Shown here one piece after another: positions 37,914 through 47,890 of a DNA stretch of 64,000 nucleotides (position 1 is its first letter; the number at the start of each line of letters is the position of its first letter). Origin of the DNA: a virus; the IMG/VR virus record IMGVR_UViG_3300028399_000005, positions 19,943 to 83,942 of that record. The stretch is one strand, 5' to 3'. Below the pieces are notes generated by a model. That model was not told the DNA's origin, searched no databases, and saw only the letters and a list, made by a program, of their open reading frames with translations. A program made the translations under genes and the position numbers.

Positions 37914-38957
37914 ATGACAAGCGAAGGAGACTTTTTTGCCATGGTAGAAAAGAAGAGCGAATCTAAAAAGGAGCCCGCCAAGGCACCCGCCGAGGCAAAC
38001 CAAGCGCAACCCCCCGCTTCGGCGGAACCAAAGCCCGCGGTCGCTCCGCAGACGACAGCACAAGCAGAGCTCTCGCTCTCGCAAGAGCTCATGGAAGACT
38101 TGCGTAACAAAGCAATAGAATTCGGCATTGATTTCACGGAAGTCGTGAAAATCGCCCAGTCAATCCTTGCAGACCCAGCGCTACAAGCACAAAGCCCCAA
38201 GCTCCGAGACCGCCTCGTGGCTGTGAACGTCAAAGTGCGCCTGCAACAAAAGCAAAAAACAAAGCAAATACCATTCTTGCTAATCGGGAAGGACAAGAAC
38301 TACTGGAAATCGAGCGGGAACATCTCTGGGAACGCCTACGGCATTTTTACAATCGAAGAGAACGGCGAGACCTCGCACTACCTCGGCAGAATCTCGCTCA
38401 ACGGCGAGGACGTCGAGAAACTCAACAAAGCCATCCTACTCGCACGGTACACCCCCTACGTCGAAATCCCCGAGAAGCGGGACAACGGGACGAACTTCCT
38501 CGTGGCGTTCTCAAACGAGCTGACCGATTTCGAAAATCCAGAGGTCTTGTCCATCTCTTATCCAGACTTGCTTGAGCGAGCCCTCGGGATCAGCCTCGCC
38601 TACAAGATCGAGGGCGAGGGCGGGTGCGGTCTCTCCGCCCTAAACGACAAGGGCTACCCGCTCCCATACGACCTCAAGGCGCTCTTAGTCATTGCTCAAA
38701 GCCCCCGCAAGATCGCTTCCACGCCCGACGACCTAAGCGTGAAAATCTCTACCCATGTGGCGACCGCCTTCTCGCTCGAGGGCGACGAGCAGATCCAACT
38801 ATGGATTCCAGACTTCCCAGAGTTCTTGAACTACGCACCCCTCAAGGAGCCATTGCTCGTGCTCGGCACTATCGCCGAGAGGCGCAAGAAGAACCAGTAC
38901 AGCGACGAGAACTACGTGATGAACGTCATCGCCGTCGTCCCACTGAGCGACTATTAG
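37914..38957 (+). CDS. putative ssDNA-binding/recombination protein
   Basis: Beta-rich OB-like segments; directly upstream of the Sak4-like ATPase; call is largely positional. Confidence 0.45.
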   Translation: MTSEGDFFAMVEKKSESKKEPAKAPAEANQAQPPASAEPKPAVAPQTTAQAELSLSQELMEDLRNKAIEFGIDFTEVVKIAQSILADPALQAQSPKLRDRLVAVNVKVRLQQKQKTKQIPFLLIGKDKNYWKSSGNISGNAYGIFTIEENGETSHYLGRISLNGEDVEKLNKAILLARYTPYVEIPEKRDNGTNFLVAFSNELTDFENPEVLSISYPDLLERALGISLAYKIEGEGGCGLSALNDKGYPLPYDLKALLVIAQSPRKIASTPDDLSVKISTHVATAFSLEGDEQIQLWIPDFPEFLNYAPLKEPLLVLGTIAERRKKNQYSDENYVMNVIAVVPLSDY

Positions 38958-38973
38958 TGTCGCCCGCGGAGGT

Positions 38974-39963
38974 GTGAGTGTGTCGAAAAAGCCCCAAGAA
39001 AGCGAGGGAGACTTCTTCTCGGCGATCGCCCCAGTGAAAAAGCCTGGGAGCACTTCGTCGGCGAGCGAAGCCCCCTCGCAACCCCCAGCCCAGACGGCGG
39101 TCGTTGCCACGCCCGCGAGCAAGGAACTACGAAAGCAAGCGATCCGAGACGAAGTAAGGACGGCGAAGCAACGAATCCGTGCCGAGCACGCACCGCCAGA
39201 AGGCCCGTCGCTGTTCCCCGTCCCCAAGCGGGCGACGATCACGATCTACGGCGCCAAGGGAAGCTCGAAGACCATGCTCTCGACCTACATCGCCCTTGCG
39301 TCGAGCAAGGGAAAGATCCTCATCATCACGTTCGAGACAACCGCCACGCGCAACACGATCGACCAGTTCTTCGACAAGTTCAAGGACAGAATCGACGTCT
39401 TAAGCCTTGACAGGCTCTTCGACTTCAATGACTCCGACGAAATGCTCAAGACCATGAGCGTCGCCGTGGACACGATCCTTGACGAGCTCCGAACCGCCGA
39501 GCAGAACCCCTACTCGTGGGTCATCCTCGAGGGCTTGCAAGAACTCAACCAAGTCGCCGAGGGCAAGATGCGCTACATGAACCAGCTCACCGCCTATCAA
39601 GGCGTCAAGAATCGCAACCTCTGGAAGGAGCGAAAGCTCTACCTCACGCAGATCTACAAGGCAATGCACCGAGCTTCGAAGAACGGCGTTATTTTCACGA
39701 GCCAAGAAGTAACGATCGAGGACGAGGACGGCAATCGGAAAGAGCCCGCATGGTACGGGATCATCAAGGAGCAGACGGACATCACAATCGAGACGAGGAA
39801 GAAAGTGGACTTTGGCTTGCAAGACTCGCAAGTGCGGTTTTTCGCAATCATACGGGACGACAAGATCACGGGCAAAACGGGGCAATGCGAGGTAACGAAC
39901 AAACCACAGGCGATCGTGGAATGGTTCCGTTCGGCGCAGAAGCCGTTCGAAATCGTGCTCTGA
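38974..39963 (+). CDS. RecA-fold AAA_24/Sak4-like ATPase
   Basis: TITIYGAKGSSKT Walker A, WVILEG Walker B, VIFTSQE. Confidence 0.7.
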   Translation: MSVSKKPQESEGDFFSAIAPVKKPGSTSSASEAPSQPPAQTAVVATPASKELRKQAIRDEVRTAKQRIRAEHAPPEGPSLFPVPKRATITIYGAKGSSKTMLSTYIALASSKGKILIITFETTATRNTIDQFFDKFKDRIDVLSLDRLFDFNDSDEMLKTMSVAVDTILDELRTAEQNPYSWVILEGLQELNQVAEGKMRYMNQLTAYQGVKNRNLWKERKLYLTQIYKAMHRASKNGVIFTSQEVTIEDEDGNRKEPAWYGIIKEQTDITIETRKKVDFGLQDSQVRFFAIIRDDKITGKTGQCEVTNKPQAIVEWFRSAQKPFEIVL

Positions 39964-39973
39964 GGTGTGCGCC

Positions 39974-40219
39974 ATGGTCTGGTACTACGTGAACTGCCGA
40001 AAATGCGGGGTCAAATGGGTCGGCACTGAAAGGCAGAAGGACGACGAAGTCGCCCGCCACGAAAAACTGGCGAAGTACGGGCTTTGCAAGCCCAAGAACT
40101 TGAAGGTCGAAGTCTGGAAGTGCGAGCGGTGCGGAGAACCGTACCGTCCGACTCTCAGCCCGCTGGTAACGTGCAAAAAGTGCTCTTCTCAAGCAAATAA
40201 ACATTACTTGAAGAAATGA
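39974..40219 (+). CDS. small Zn-finger protein
   Basis: CRKC, CERC and CKKC motifs. Confidence 0.65.
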   Translation: MVWYYVNCRKCGVKWVGTERQKDDEVARHEKLAKYGLCKPKNLKVEVWKCERCGEPYRPTLSPLVTCKKCSSQANKHYLKK

Positions 40220-40236
40220 AAAGGTGATGAAAGAAA

Positions 40237-40674
40237 ATGCAATATGTCCCACAGTCTTATTTCGCAACGCCTGCGGACAGAATGCTCGAGCTTTATGAAT
40301 ACCAGCTCTGGCTCAAGGAACGCCTCACCAAGCACGAGTGCGCTATTTGCAACGGCCCGATCACGTTCGACACGTTCTACGTAACGCTCGACTCTGCGAA
40401 AGCCGTCAGCGTCGAGCTTGCGTTCCGCTTCCTAACCTCGCACGTCGAGCCACAGCGATACGACCTTGTTCTTTGCAAGCGTTGCTTCAACGAGACCAGA
40501 AAGGCAGTCCTCGACAAGATAGCCGTTCTTCGCCGAGAAAGCGAGAAAACGAAGCACCTCAATGATTACCTTAGGACGACGAAAAAGAGCCTCGAATCCG
40601 CTCAAAAATACCTCGAAATGAAGCTCGAAGAAATCAAGGAAGAGAAAGAGCAAAAAGCAGAGAACGACGACTAA
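40237..40674 (+). CDS. Zn-finger plus coiled-coil protein
   Basis: CAIC and CKRC motifs; charged C-terminal helix. Confidence 0.65.
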   Translation: MQYVPQSYFATPADRMLELYEYQLWLKERLTKHECAICNGPITFDTFYVTLDSAKAVSVELAFRFLTSHVEPQRYDLVLCKRCFNETRKAVLDKIAVLRRESEKTKHLNDYLRTTKKSLESAQKYLEMKLEEIKEEKEQKAENDD

Positions 40675-40697
40675 AACTAAAGAAACGAGGTGATAAC

Positions 40698-40799
40698 GTG
40701 AACGAAGTAGACGAGGACTTGATTCTAAGAATAATACTGTTTTTAAACATAATCTTCTGGTTCGCGATCGGAGTGATACAAAGCGAGAAGAGACGATGA
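40698..40799 (+). CDS. 33-aa single-TM peptide, not in ORF track
   Basis: GAGGTGA SD, GTG start; MNEVDEDLILRIILFLNIIFWFAIGVIQSEKRR. Confidence 0.5.
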   Translation: MNEVDEDLILRIILFLNIIFWFAIGVIQSEKRR

Positions 40800-40823
40800 T
40801 GTAGTTGTTGAAGACCCGTCTCA

Positions 40824-41402
40824 TTAGTAAACCGTGTGGACAAGCCAGCGCCTGTATGGTTTCAAGAACTCCTTGAGGTCGTCGGGCAAGAGCTCTTTCT
40901 CCGTGAACGAGACGCTCGCATCGGCGAGCTTCAACGAGTCCGCCCCGCCCGTGTGCTGGTGCGCCCGAAGCCTTTCGTAGAGGCGCACCACGATTTCTAT
41001 GATCACGTTTTTAACGGCGTCGGGGACGGTTTCCCCGCCCCACGTGTAGACGATTTCGACGTTCTGATTGCCGTCCTTGATTCTGCCATCCTTGAACTTT
41101 ATCTTGCCCGTTTGCTTGTACACGTAATAGTCCGTGCCTTCCGTGAGCGTTTTCGTCCCGACCTTGATGTTCGTAACGCTCGAGATCGGGGCGTAGCGGG
41201 TGTAGTAGTAAACCCTGGAAGAATCGCCGTCCCATTTCTCGGTCTCCGTCGTGAGCGAGTTCCACTTGCGCCGACAAAACGTGTCCACGGCGCCCTCGAC
41301 CCGCACGATCATGTCGTTTACGGCAGTCTGGTCGTTCGAATCGAGCGTTACGCCGAGCCTTGTCTGGACTTCTATTACTGTAACATATCTTGGGGTCGCC
41401 AT
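40824..41402 (-). CDS. head-tail connector/adaptor (gp6/SPP1 gp15-like)
   Basis: YVTVIEVQTRLG, VDTFCRR, VEIVYTWGGETVPDAVK, LKPYRR. Confidence 0.8.
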   Translation of the reverse strand: MATPRYVTVIEVQTRLGVTLDSNDQTAVNDMIVRVEGAVDTFCRRKWNSLTTETEKWDGDSSRVYYYTRYAPISSVTNIKVGTKTLTEGTDYYVYKQTGKIKFKDGRIKDGNQNVEIVYTWGGETVPDAVKNVIIEIVVRLYERLRAHQHTGGADSLKLADASVSFTEKELLPDDLKEFLKPYRRWLVHTVY

Positions 41403-41499
41403 GCTATGTAGTATAGCGTCGCGAGAATTTATAGTTTTATGCTTTTAAATGAGCGACTACAAAATGGAAGAAAAAGAAAGGAGAGGAAACGAGGAAACC

Positions 41500-41856
41500 T
41501 TAGCTTGCGACGAGGTCTCGGAGCGGGATTCTGTAAACACTGAACCCGCCATGTCTCTTCCACGGGTTGAAGTAATACCCGTGGCTCTCGGGCGACTCAC
41601 GCCAGGGCGGGAGATAGACCTCGTACATGTTTCGCTTTAGGTTCTCGGGTAGGTGCGGGAAGGGTTTCCGTGAGGAAATAACCCACATTCCGCGCTTCTT
41701 GTCATGGAGCACCTTCCCTCGGATTCCGAGGGAACGATTAAGCTCTCGAAGCTTATTCAGATATATTTCAACGGAAGGGGGCATGTCCTTCCGAATCCAC
41801 AGCGGACTCTTTTTAGAGCCCAGATTTAGATAGACGTCATACATTACTGGGTGCAT
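41500..41856 (-). CDS. hypothetical protein
   Basis: Leaderless ATG after variant promoter gcacaattcttatata (41857-41895). Confidence 0.65.
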   Translation of the reverse strand: MHPVMYDVYLNLGSKKSPLWIRKDMPPSVEIYLNKLRELNRSLGIRGKVLHDKKRGMWVISSRKPFPHLPENLKRNMYEVYLPPWRESPESHGYYFNPWKRHGGFSVYRIPLRDLVAS

Positions 41857-41978
41857 CAAAATACTATACGCACCACTAATATATAAGAATTGTGCTTCTT
41901 CTACGATTGTGCGTTATAACGGTGGGGATGGTTTTTATTGAGTGTATTGCAAACGAAAAACGAGGAAGTGATGTTTTA

Positions 41979-42206
41979 ATGCAGAGAGGCAGAATCTTGT
42001 GTCCAAAGCACTTGAAGGTTTTCCAGGCGGAGAAGAACGGTGTAACCGTCCGCTATGGCTATTATGCGGGGTATTTCCACGCCGACATCATGCGTTGCCC
42101 CGTCGAGGACTGCGACATGCGGGTCATCACGGGGCTCGGCGAAGAAATCTTCGACCCAGACTTCGAGCCCGAGATAAGCCCCACAAAACCTTATCTAAAC
42201 GATTGA
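41979..42206 (+). CDS. small Zn-binding protein
   Basis: CPKH and CPVEDC motifs; cgttataacg operator at 41912-41921. Confidence 0.55.
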   Translation: MQRGRILCPKHLKVFQAEKNGVTVRYGYYAGYFHADIMRCPVEDCDMRVITGLGEEIFDPDFEPEISPTKPYLND

Positions 42207-42284
42207 TCCTCGCCCGTTTTTTTTTTGCATGCGTTTATCACAACCTTTATATATTTCTCCTTCCTATATTATATTAGAGGAAGT

Positions 42285-42884
42285 ATGAGAGCGGGAAGAT
42301 TTATATCGAGCCAAGAAGTTATCGCCCTAACGCGGGGCGCAATCAGCCCCATCAACGATAGAGATGGGGTTTACTTCTTCATCGAACCTCAATCGGTCGT
42401 TGAGCTTAGCTTGCACACGAGGCATTTCCTCGTGGTCGCCGAGCTCGACGAATATCGACAAACAATAGCCTCTTACGTCAGAGACGTTTTCAGAGGCGAG
42501 GACATCTGGGAGCAAACAGATGAGGTCGTTGCCCCCCAATACGACCTTTCCGCCGTCAGAGCCATTTACTTGAGCGCAAATGTCATCGTTGCGCTCGTCG
42601 AAGAATATGGCTACATGACGAACAGCATCATCGAATTCGCCCAGCAACACTACGAGAGAGCCTTACAACAGCTCTCTCAAATCGAAGAGCCAACGTCTGT
42701 TGAGATCAGCCTCGAGCTCTTCTATGCGCTCGAAGAGCTGATCGAGAATGGCATCGAAGTCCAGTTCGTTGATAACTGGGCCGTTTCAGAAGCCTTCGCA
42801 GTCAGTATGAACAGGCTTCTGAACTTTGACGGACTCGACGAGAACGAGGCGCTGATCGACAGATTCATGAGCTTGATAGAATAA
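42285..42884 (+). CDS. acidic hypothetical protein
   Basis: Class-1 promoter at 42238-42276; pyrimidine terminator downstream. Confidence 0.7.
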   Translation: MRAGRFISSQEVIALTRGAISPINDRDGVYFFIEPQSVVELSLHTRHFLVVAELDEYRQTIASYVRDVFRGEDIWEQTDEVVAPQYDLSAVRAIYLSANVIVALVEEYGYMTNSIIEFAQQHYERALQQLSQIEEPTSVEISLELFYALEELIENGIEVQFVDNWAVSEAFAVSMNRLLNFDGLDENEALIDRFMSLIE

Positions 42885-42922
42885 AAGCCCCTCGCCCTAT
42901 CCTTCTTTTTTCCAACCTTCGA

Positions 42923-43957
42923 TCAAAGATGTTCTTGCTTCTTGATTCGATCAGCGATGGGTATTAGTGCGCCGAACGCCATGGCGAAGTAGGTTTGCCA
43001 CGTAAATCCTAAAAAACCATTCTTTTCTTCGCTCCCAGCGCCAAACACGACGGCTTCTTGGACGGAGTAGCTCTTGAGCTCGCGCTCGATCACGTCGGTC
43101 GCCTGTGCGAGCTTCTGCCCAGCAAAGGCGCCGAGTTCGACCGAGCGAAGCGACGCCCCGCGATCGTTCAACCCCAGCGAAGGAACGAAGTAGCGCACGA
43201 TCTTCTCGGAAATAGGAAGACCAATGCCCAAGGCGTAGGTTCGCTGTATCTCCATGATCTTGGTGTTTAGCTCGACGGGACGGCCATACCCGCGGATGAC
43301 GACCGTCAGCGCCTTCATGCTCACGGTCGCCGTGAGGTTCACCGCCTGCACGCTCGTCCCGTTGTATGTCGTGGTGAACTCCGCCGAGGGGACGTAGTTA
43401 ATGCGGAAGTTCGCAATCACGGTAACATTGGTATTCGTAGGATCGACGGACTGGTCAATGATGAAGTCCATTGCGACCTCGACGGGCTCTTGGTTCACGA
43501 CAGCGACGGACGGGGACTGCCCCATGGTGTAGAGGTTGTACGCATACGTGCCAGTGTCATTCGCTACCGTGGCGAAGCTCGCGTCGAGCGTTGCGAGCCC
43601 GCTCTGGTAGAGCAAGAAAGCTCCCCGTTGCGACAAAAGCACATGCTCGAGCGTGAAATTGGTTATGGCGACACGCAACGTGTAGCCGTCGTCAGTTACT
43701 GCTTCGGCGCCGAGGAAGAACAAAGAATCGTTCGTGCTCACTTCGACTTGAAAGGCGTTGAGCTGGTTCGGATTGGCATAGTCTGGGCGCCCATCGTACG
43801 AGGCGAGCACGGAGTAGCTCGTGCCGTCCGTGAACACCCAGTTGTCGTTCACGTTGATCTTGACGATCTGGGCGCCTGCTCCCGCAAGGAGCGAGGTGCC
43901 CATGATCACCAATAAGAAGGCGAGTAGCCACAATTTGTTGAACTTTGAAATTGTCAT
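42923..43957 (-). CDS. secreted surface protein with C-terminal GF-TM-basic sorting signal
   Basis: N-terminal signal peptide, several N-x-S/T sequons, C-terminal GFLGF-hydrophobic-RIKK. Confidence 0.7.
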   Translation of the reverse strand: MTISKFNKLWLLAFLLVIMGTSLLAGAGAQIVKINVNDNWVFTDGTSYSVLASYDGRPDYANPNQLNAFQVEVSTNDSLFFLGAEAVTDDGYTLRVAITNFTLEHVLLSQRGAFLLYQSGLATLDASFATVANDTGTYAYNLYTMGQSPSVAVVNQEPVEVAMDFIIDQSVDPTNTNVTVIANFRINYVPSAEFTTTYNGTSVQAVNLTATVSMKALTVVIRGYGRPVELNTKIMEIQRTYALGIGLPISEKIVRYFVPSLGLNDRGASLRSVELGAFAGQKLAQATDVIERELKSYSVQEAVVFGAGSEEKNGFLGFTWQTYFAMAFGALIPIADRIKKQEHL

Positions 43958-44030
43958 CGTTTATCTATTATGCTAATGAGAATATATTAAGTTATTTCTA
44001 ATTCACATATTGGAAATGTGCCCAAAATCG

Positions 44031-44711
44031 TTAATCAAAGTAATCGTTCTTGAGCTTTTCGATAAGAAGAGAGTCGAAGCGCTCCGTAAAGAACTCGAAG
44101 ATATTCCGCAAGCTGGTCGCAATGACGCTGTGCAACGGAGCATCCATCTTGCGCCAGAACGGTTTCTCATAGAACCACGCCATGTTGTACCTCATCGCTA
44201 CCTTCGAGAACAGATTGCCGTCTTGCGAAACGACGTTAAGTATTGAGTGATAATATGCTTGTTTGTGCGGAGAACCGCCGAGAATATGGACTCGATCGAA
44301 CTCTATGTAATAATTAACGTGGAGCGTTTTCTCCGAATATTTCGTCGGCATAGGGAAACCCGCAATGTACCCATAGTCGTTGATTAATTCGCATGGTACT
44401 GAGGCGACCTTAGGAACCACGATCACGTTTTCGGCATACTTTGAGACTTCTCTCGCTTGGTCAAGAACCTCGTCGATTTGTTCCTCGCGCTCGATGTCCC
44501 GCACAACGGCGTACTTCGGGCGCACGCGCTTGACAACGTTCAAGAAGCGCTCGTAGTCGTGGTTCTTGAAGTCCACGTCGACGAACTCGGGCTTGAACGA
44601 GCTCGGTATCGGGTGATCCTCGCGTATGCCAGGCAAGAAACCTATCTTTACCGCCATGCTATAGAAGGGCTCTTTGTGTGAGAAAATAAGATCGAGTTTT
44701 CTCTTTGGCAC
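44031..44711 (-). CDS. DUF6610-like / TGT-related TIM-barrel protein
   Basis: FVDVDF, PKYAVVRDI, VIVVPK, RVHILGGSPHKQ, SQDGN motifs. Confidence 0.5.
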   Translation of the reverse strand: MPKRKLDLIFSHKEPFYSMAVKIGFLPGIREDHPIPSSFKPEFVDVDFKNHDYERFLNVVKRVRPKYAVVRDIEREEQIDEVLDQAREVSKYAENVIVVPKVASVPCELINDYGYIAGFPMPTKYSEKTLHVNYYIEFDRVHILGGSPHKQAYYHSILNVVSQDGNLFSKVAMRYNMAWFYEKPFWRKMDAPLHSVIATSLRNIFEFFTERFDSLLIEKLKNDYFD

Positions 44712-44725
44712 CTATCCCCCCTCGA

Positions 44726-45358
44726 TTAGACGGAATATTTCGCAAGGACGGCGGAGCACTCCGCGCAGAAGTCAAGCACGGAGTCTATGTCCCCGACGTC
44801 GTAGAGTGGCTTGAACAGGCAGTCCGCGTTTGTGCAGTGCCCGTCGTTCAAGCCAGGGCGGGACAGCGCATTGAGCACGATGTGCGCCGTCTCGTGGCGC
44901 CAGAGTTTCACGATTTGCTCTTCCGTCAAGCCGTGCGTCGAGACGACGAGACCTCTGTTCTGCAAGTGCATCCCGAAAACGTCGACCCACTCGTGCAAGA
45001 ACCCCTCTCCGATCGAGAGATCCTTGATCGAGATCGGCGCTGTCAGTGGTCTGTTCGTCAGCACCGCCACCCGCCCCGAAAACGTAGGAAAAGCAGAGAC
45101 TACTTTTTCAAGTGCGTCGAGGACGAAGAGGCTCGCCTCGATCCGTTTCTCAGCGCCACGCTCGACGAACACGTATTGCGAGCGCCTGGCGAGCGGGTCT
45201 GTAGAGAAACCTTCGTGTTCGTCTTTTTCGGCGAACACGACGGGAAGCTCGTACGGGAGCACCCGCTCAATTTGTGCGAGCGCATGGTTCGGCGTGGCGA
45301 GAATTGCGTCGATCGTTGTTTTCGGGATCGCTGGGTCATGAAGCAACCATAGTTTCAT
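44726..45358 (-). CDS. archaemetzincin-like zinc metalloprotease
   Basis: HETAH...HCTNADCLF...FCAEC. Confidence 0.65.
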   Translation of the reverse strand: MKLWLLHDPAIPKTTIDAILATPNHALAQIERVLPYELPVVFAEKDEHEGFSTDPLARRSQYVFVERGAEKRIEASLFVLDALEKVVSAFPTFSGRVAVLTNRPLTAPISIKDLSIGEGFLHEWVDVFGMHLQNRGLVVSTHGLTEEQIVKLWRHETAHIVLNALSRPGLNDGHCTNADCLFKPLYDVGDIDSVLDFCAECSAVLAKYSV

Positions 45359-47447
45359 TCTTTATCATTCCTTTCATTTTTCTGTTCTCGATTTCGAGTG
45401 CGAGAAGGCGCAGTTCGAGCTCGTGGACTCGGTTCATGAGCAAGGCGACGTCCGTGCCTACGTTCGCCATGACGGGGACGGAGACGTGGCGTCGTTCATG
45501 CGGGCGGATTTGCTTCCGCAAGACGTCAAGAAGCGGGTTCCCAGAGAACGAAGTGTGCGAAACATCATAGTAAAGATAATCAGAGGCGACTATATAGAGA
45601 TGATAGTTCGTTGTGCTCGTATTCCCTATAAGGCCCAGACCGTCGTTAATCGAGTATAAATAATAATTTGCAGTGGTACCTCCTTCCGCAGACATTTCTA
45701 TTACCGCGGAAGTAGATGGCCAATGGCGGAAGCGCAAGTCATTCGATCCAGACCTATCCCAGACGACGTAGGTTCCGTCCCCGTTGAAAATTAAGTCCGT
45801 CCCATTGACAAACTGCATCGATGTTGCTGATAGGGTAATCATATCTGTCCCAGAGGTATTCTGGAATCCCGTCAGACCTCTGATTCTTTGCGTATTCGCA
45901 TCAATCAGCCCATAGAAACGAGACGTAGTAGAGTCCCTGTCAAAACCCATGTGGACGTAAGTAGTTGTAGCATTGAATGTAGCAATTAATAACTCGTTGT
46001 CATAGATCGAATTGTTGAAGTTAATTATACTGGCGTTCTTCCAACTCCCAGCGCCAGCGTTTGCATAGCTCCCGACCATGAAGAGACCCCCGCCATAAGT
46101 GTTGTCGTTGTGCTCTCCGAGTAGGATTCCCGTGTTGTTATTCCCCGCTTGAGTATAGTCTGGGGCTGTCGTGATGAGCACCATTGGGGCGTACGTCCCC
46201 GTCTGGTTCTGGAAGTAGAACGTAGTGTGGCCGTCGCCCAGATAGATCTTGTCTTTGTTAGCGTCAGTACCGCTATTGGTTCTCACAAGTTGTAAGTCCT
46301 CATCGTAGGAACCTATTACCCCGCTATTGACGATGACTCGCTTGTCGAAGTAGAATCTTGCTCTGTCCGTATAGAAATGACACCACGAAGCGTTTCGAGG
46401 GCCAATATTGACATACCCATAAGTAGTCTGAACCAGCAACGCCCCGCTTGTTAGACCAATATTTACTCTCGAAGTCGATGACGGAACGGCGGGAGCGGTG
46501 TCCATTGATATATAGCCGACATCAACGATGTTCCCGCTCGTGTCTATCTGGAATTTCCACGCGCTGGCGGTACTGTTCCAAATTCCAAATAAAATATTTG
46601 ATGCGGGCTTGTACATCCAATAAATCTTGTCATATCCACTCGGTGCGAACCGTAACTGGTCTTGAGATGCTGTCGTTTGCAAATAACTTGTTAGCCGAAG
46701 GCTCCAATCGTCCAGATCGAAGTAAGCGCCTTCCGTGATGTCGGCATGCGTGGTCGGCGCACCCGCACTGTTGATCTTCCCAAATGAGATCCTTCTGTTA
46801 GCTTGGTTCGGGCCGTAGATCATGGTCGCCCAATCACCCGTCGTTCCCGAGGAATTCCAAAGCATAATCCCATAAGAGACGTTCCCGCCAGTGTCATAGA
46901 CAGCGATTCTATGGTCGAATGTGTCCCCAGCGTTGTTGTTGAGAAGAATTGTCTTTGCATCTCTTAAAACGTAATTATTAAGATATGCGTCTCTCAAGAA
47001 GTGTATTGTAAAATCGCTCGCTTGAAGCTTGAAGATGTCGGTACTCCCAAAGCGAAAGATAAGGTCTTTTAGTACGCCCGCGCCAGCAAGCCACTGGCTC
47101 ACGACCCATGCGTCAATTGTGTAACTATACCCTACATCGAAATATGAAAGATCCCCGCTCGACGCTCCCGTTTTCTTGAAAACTCGAAGGCTTCTAACAC
47201 TACGAGAGATAGCCGAAGAGTCCGCATCGAGATCGTAATATCCGCCGTTTTCAACAGCGTACCCGCTCATGTTGAGATTCTGTGTGGCGATGTGGTTCCC
47301 GAGGTTGTCCACGGAGCCACTTTGCACGAAGTTGATTACTTCGTTGATCTTGTTGATGATCTCGTTGATTTTCTGCTTTTTCTGCCCGTCGCTCGTGTGG
47401 TGCCCGTCCCACCACGCCTGGACTTGCGAGAGCGTCGCAATGGACAT
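45336..47447 (-). CDS. tail fibre / receptor-binding protein
   Basis: G/S/T/N-rich beta segments, C-terminal coiled coil, end of tail operon, AT-richer core. Confidence 0.7.
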   Translation of the reverse strand: MSIATLSQVQAWWDGHHTSDGQKKQKINEIINKINEVINFVQSGSVDNLGNHIATQNLNMSGYAVENGGYYDLDADSSAISRSVRSLRVFKKTGASSGDLSYFDVGYSYTIDAWVVSQWLAGAGVLKDLIFRFGSTDIFKLQASDFTIHFLRDAYLNNYVLRDAKTILLNNNAGDTFDHRIAVYDTGGNVSYGIMLWNSSGTTGDWATMIYGPNQANRRISFGKINSAGAPTTHADITEGAYFDLDDWSLRLTSYLQTTASQDQLRFAPSGYDKIYWMYKPASNILFGIWNSTASAWKFQIDTSGNIVDVGYISMDTAPAVPSSTSRVNIGLTSGALLVQTTYGYVNIGPRNASWCHFYTDRARFYFDKRVIVNSGVIGSYDEDLQLVRTNSGTDANKDKIYLGDGHTTFYFQNQTGTYAPMVLITTAPDYTQAGNNNTGILLGEHNDNTYGGGLFMVGSYANAGAGSWKNASIINFNNSIYDNELLIATFNATTTYVHMGFDRDSTTSRFYGLIDANTQRIRGLTGFQNTSGTDMITLSATSMQFVNGTDLIFNGDGTYVVWDRSGSNDLRFRHWPSTSAVIEMSAEGGTTANYYLYSINDGLGLIGNTSTTNYHLYIVASDYLYYDVSHTSFSGNPLLDVLRKQIRPHERRHVSVPVMANVGTDVALLMNRVHELELRLLALEIENRKMKGMIKNETMVAS

Positions 47448-47461
47448 TCCGAATCACCTCG

Positions 47462-47857
47462 TTACTTTTCTTGCTTCTGCCCTTCCGTTTGCTTCTTCGC
47501 CTCTTGCTGGGCTTGTTTGATCGCCTGCCCACGCCCGTAGGACACCGCCCGCTCGAAGAGCGCTGGGTGCACGTGGTTGTGGACGCGTTGCTTTGTTTCC
47601 GTTGCGAGTCTAAAGAGCTCGCTGGTCTGCGTTTTCAAGGTCTCGAGCTCCTCGCTTATGAGGTCGAAGTTCATGCCGAGCGATCGTTGCATTTCTTGCA
47701 CGCTCTGAGCGAGTTGCAAGACTTGCTCGCCGAGCGTGGTTACGTTTTTCTCGAGTTCGGCGATCCTTTCACGGATGGGTTTTTCTTGTTGCGGGGGTTT
47801 CCCGTTCTGGTTTTCTTCTTGGCGCAATTTCTGCGTTTTTTGTTGTTTCTGAGACAT
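47462..47857 (-). CDS. Gln-rich coiled-coil protein in tail module
   Basis: Heptad-like RIAELEKNVTTLGEQV segment. Confidence 0.6.
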   Translation of the reverse strand: MSQKQQKTQKLRQEENQNGKPPQQEKPIRERIAELEKNVTTLGEQVLQLAQSVQEMQRSLGMNFDLISEELETLKTQTSELFRLATETKQRVHNHVHPALFERAVSYGRGQAIKQAQQEAKKQTEGQKQEK

Positions 47858-47890
47858 TCTTATATCACTTCCTCTTTATTGATTGAGTAT

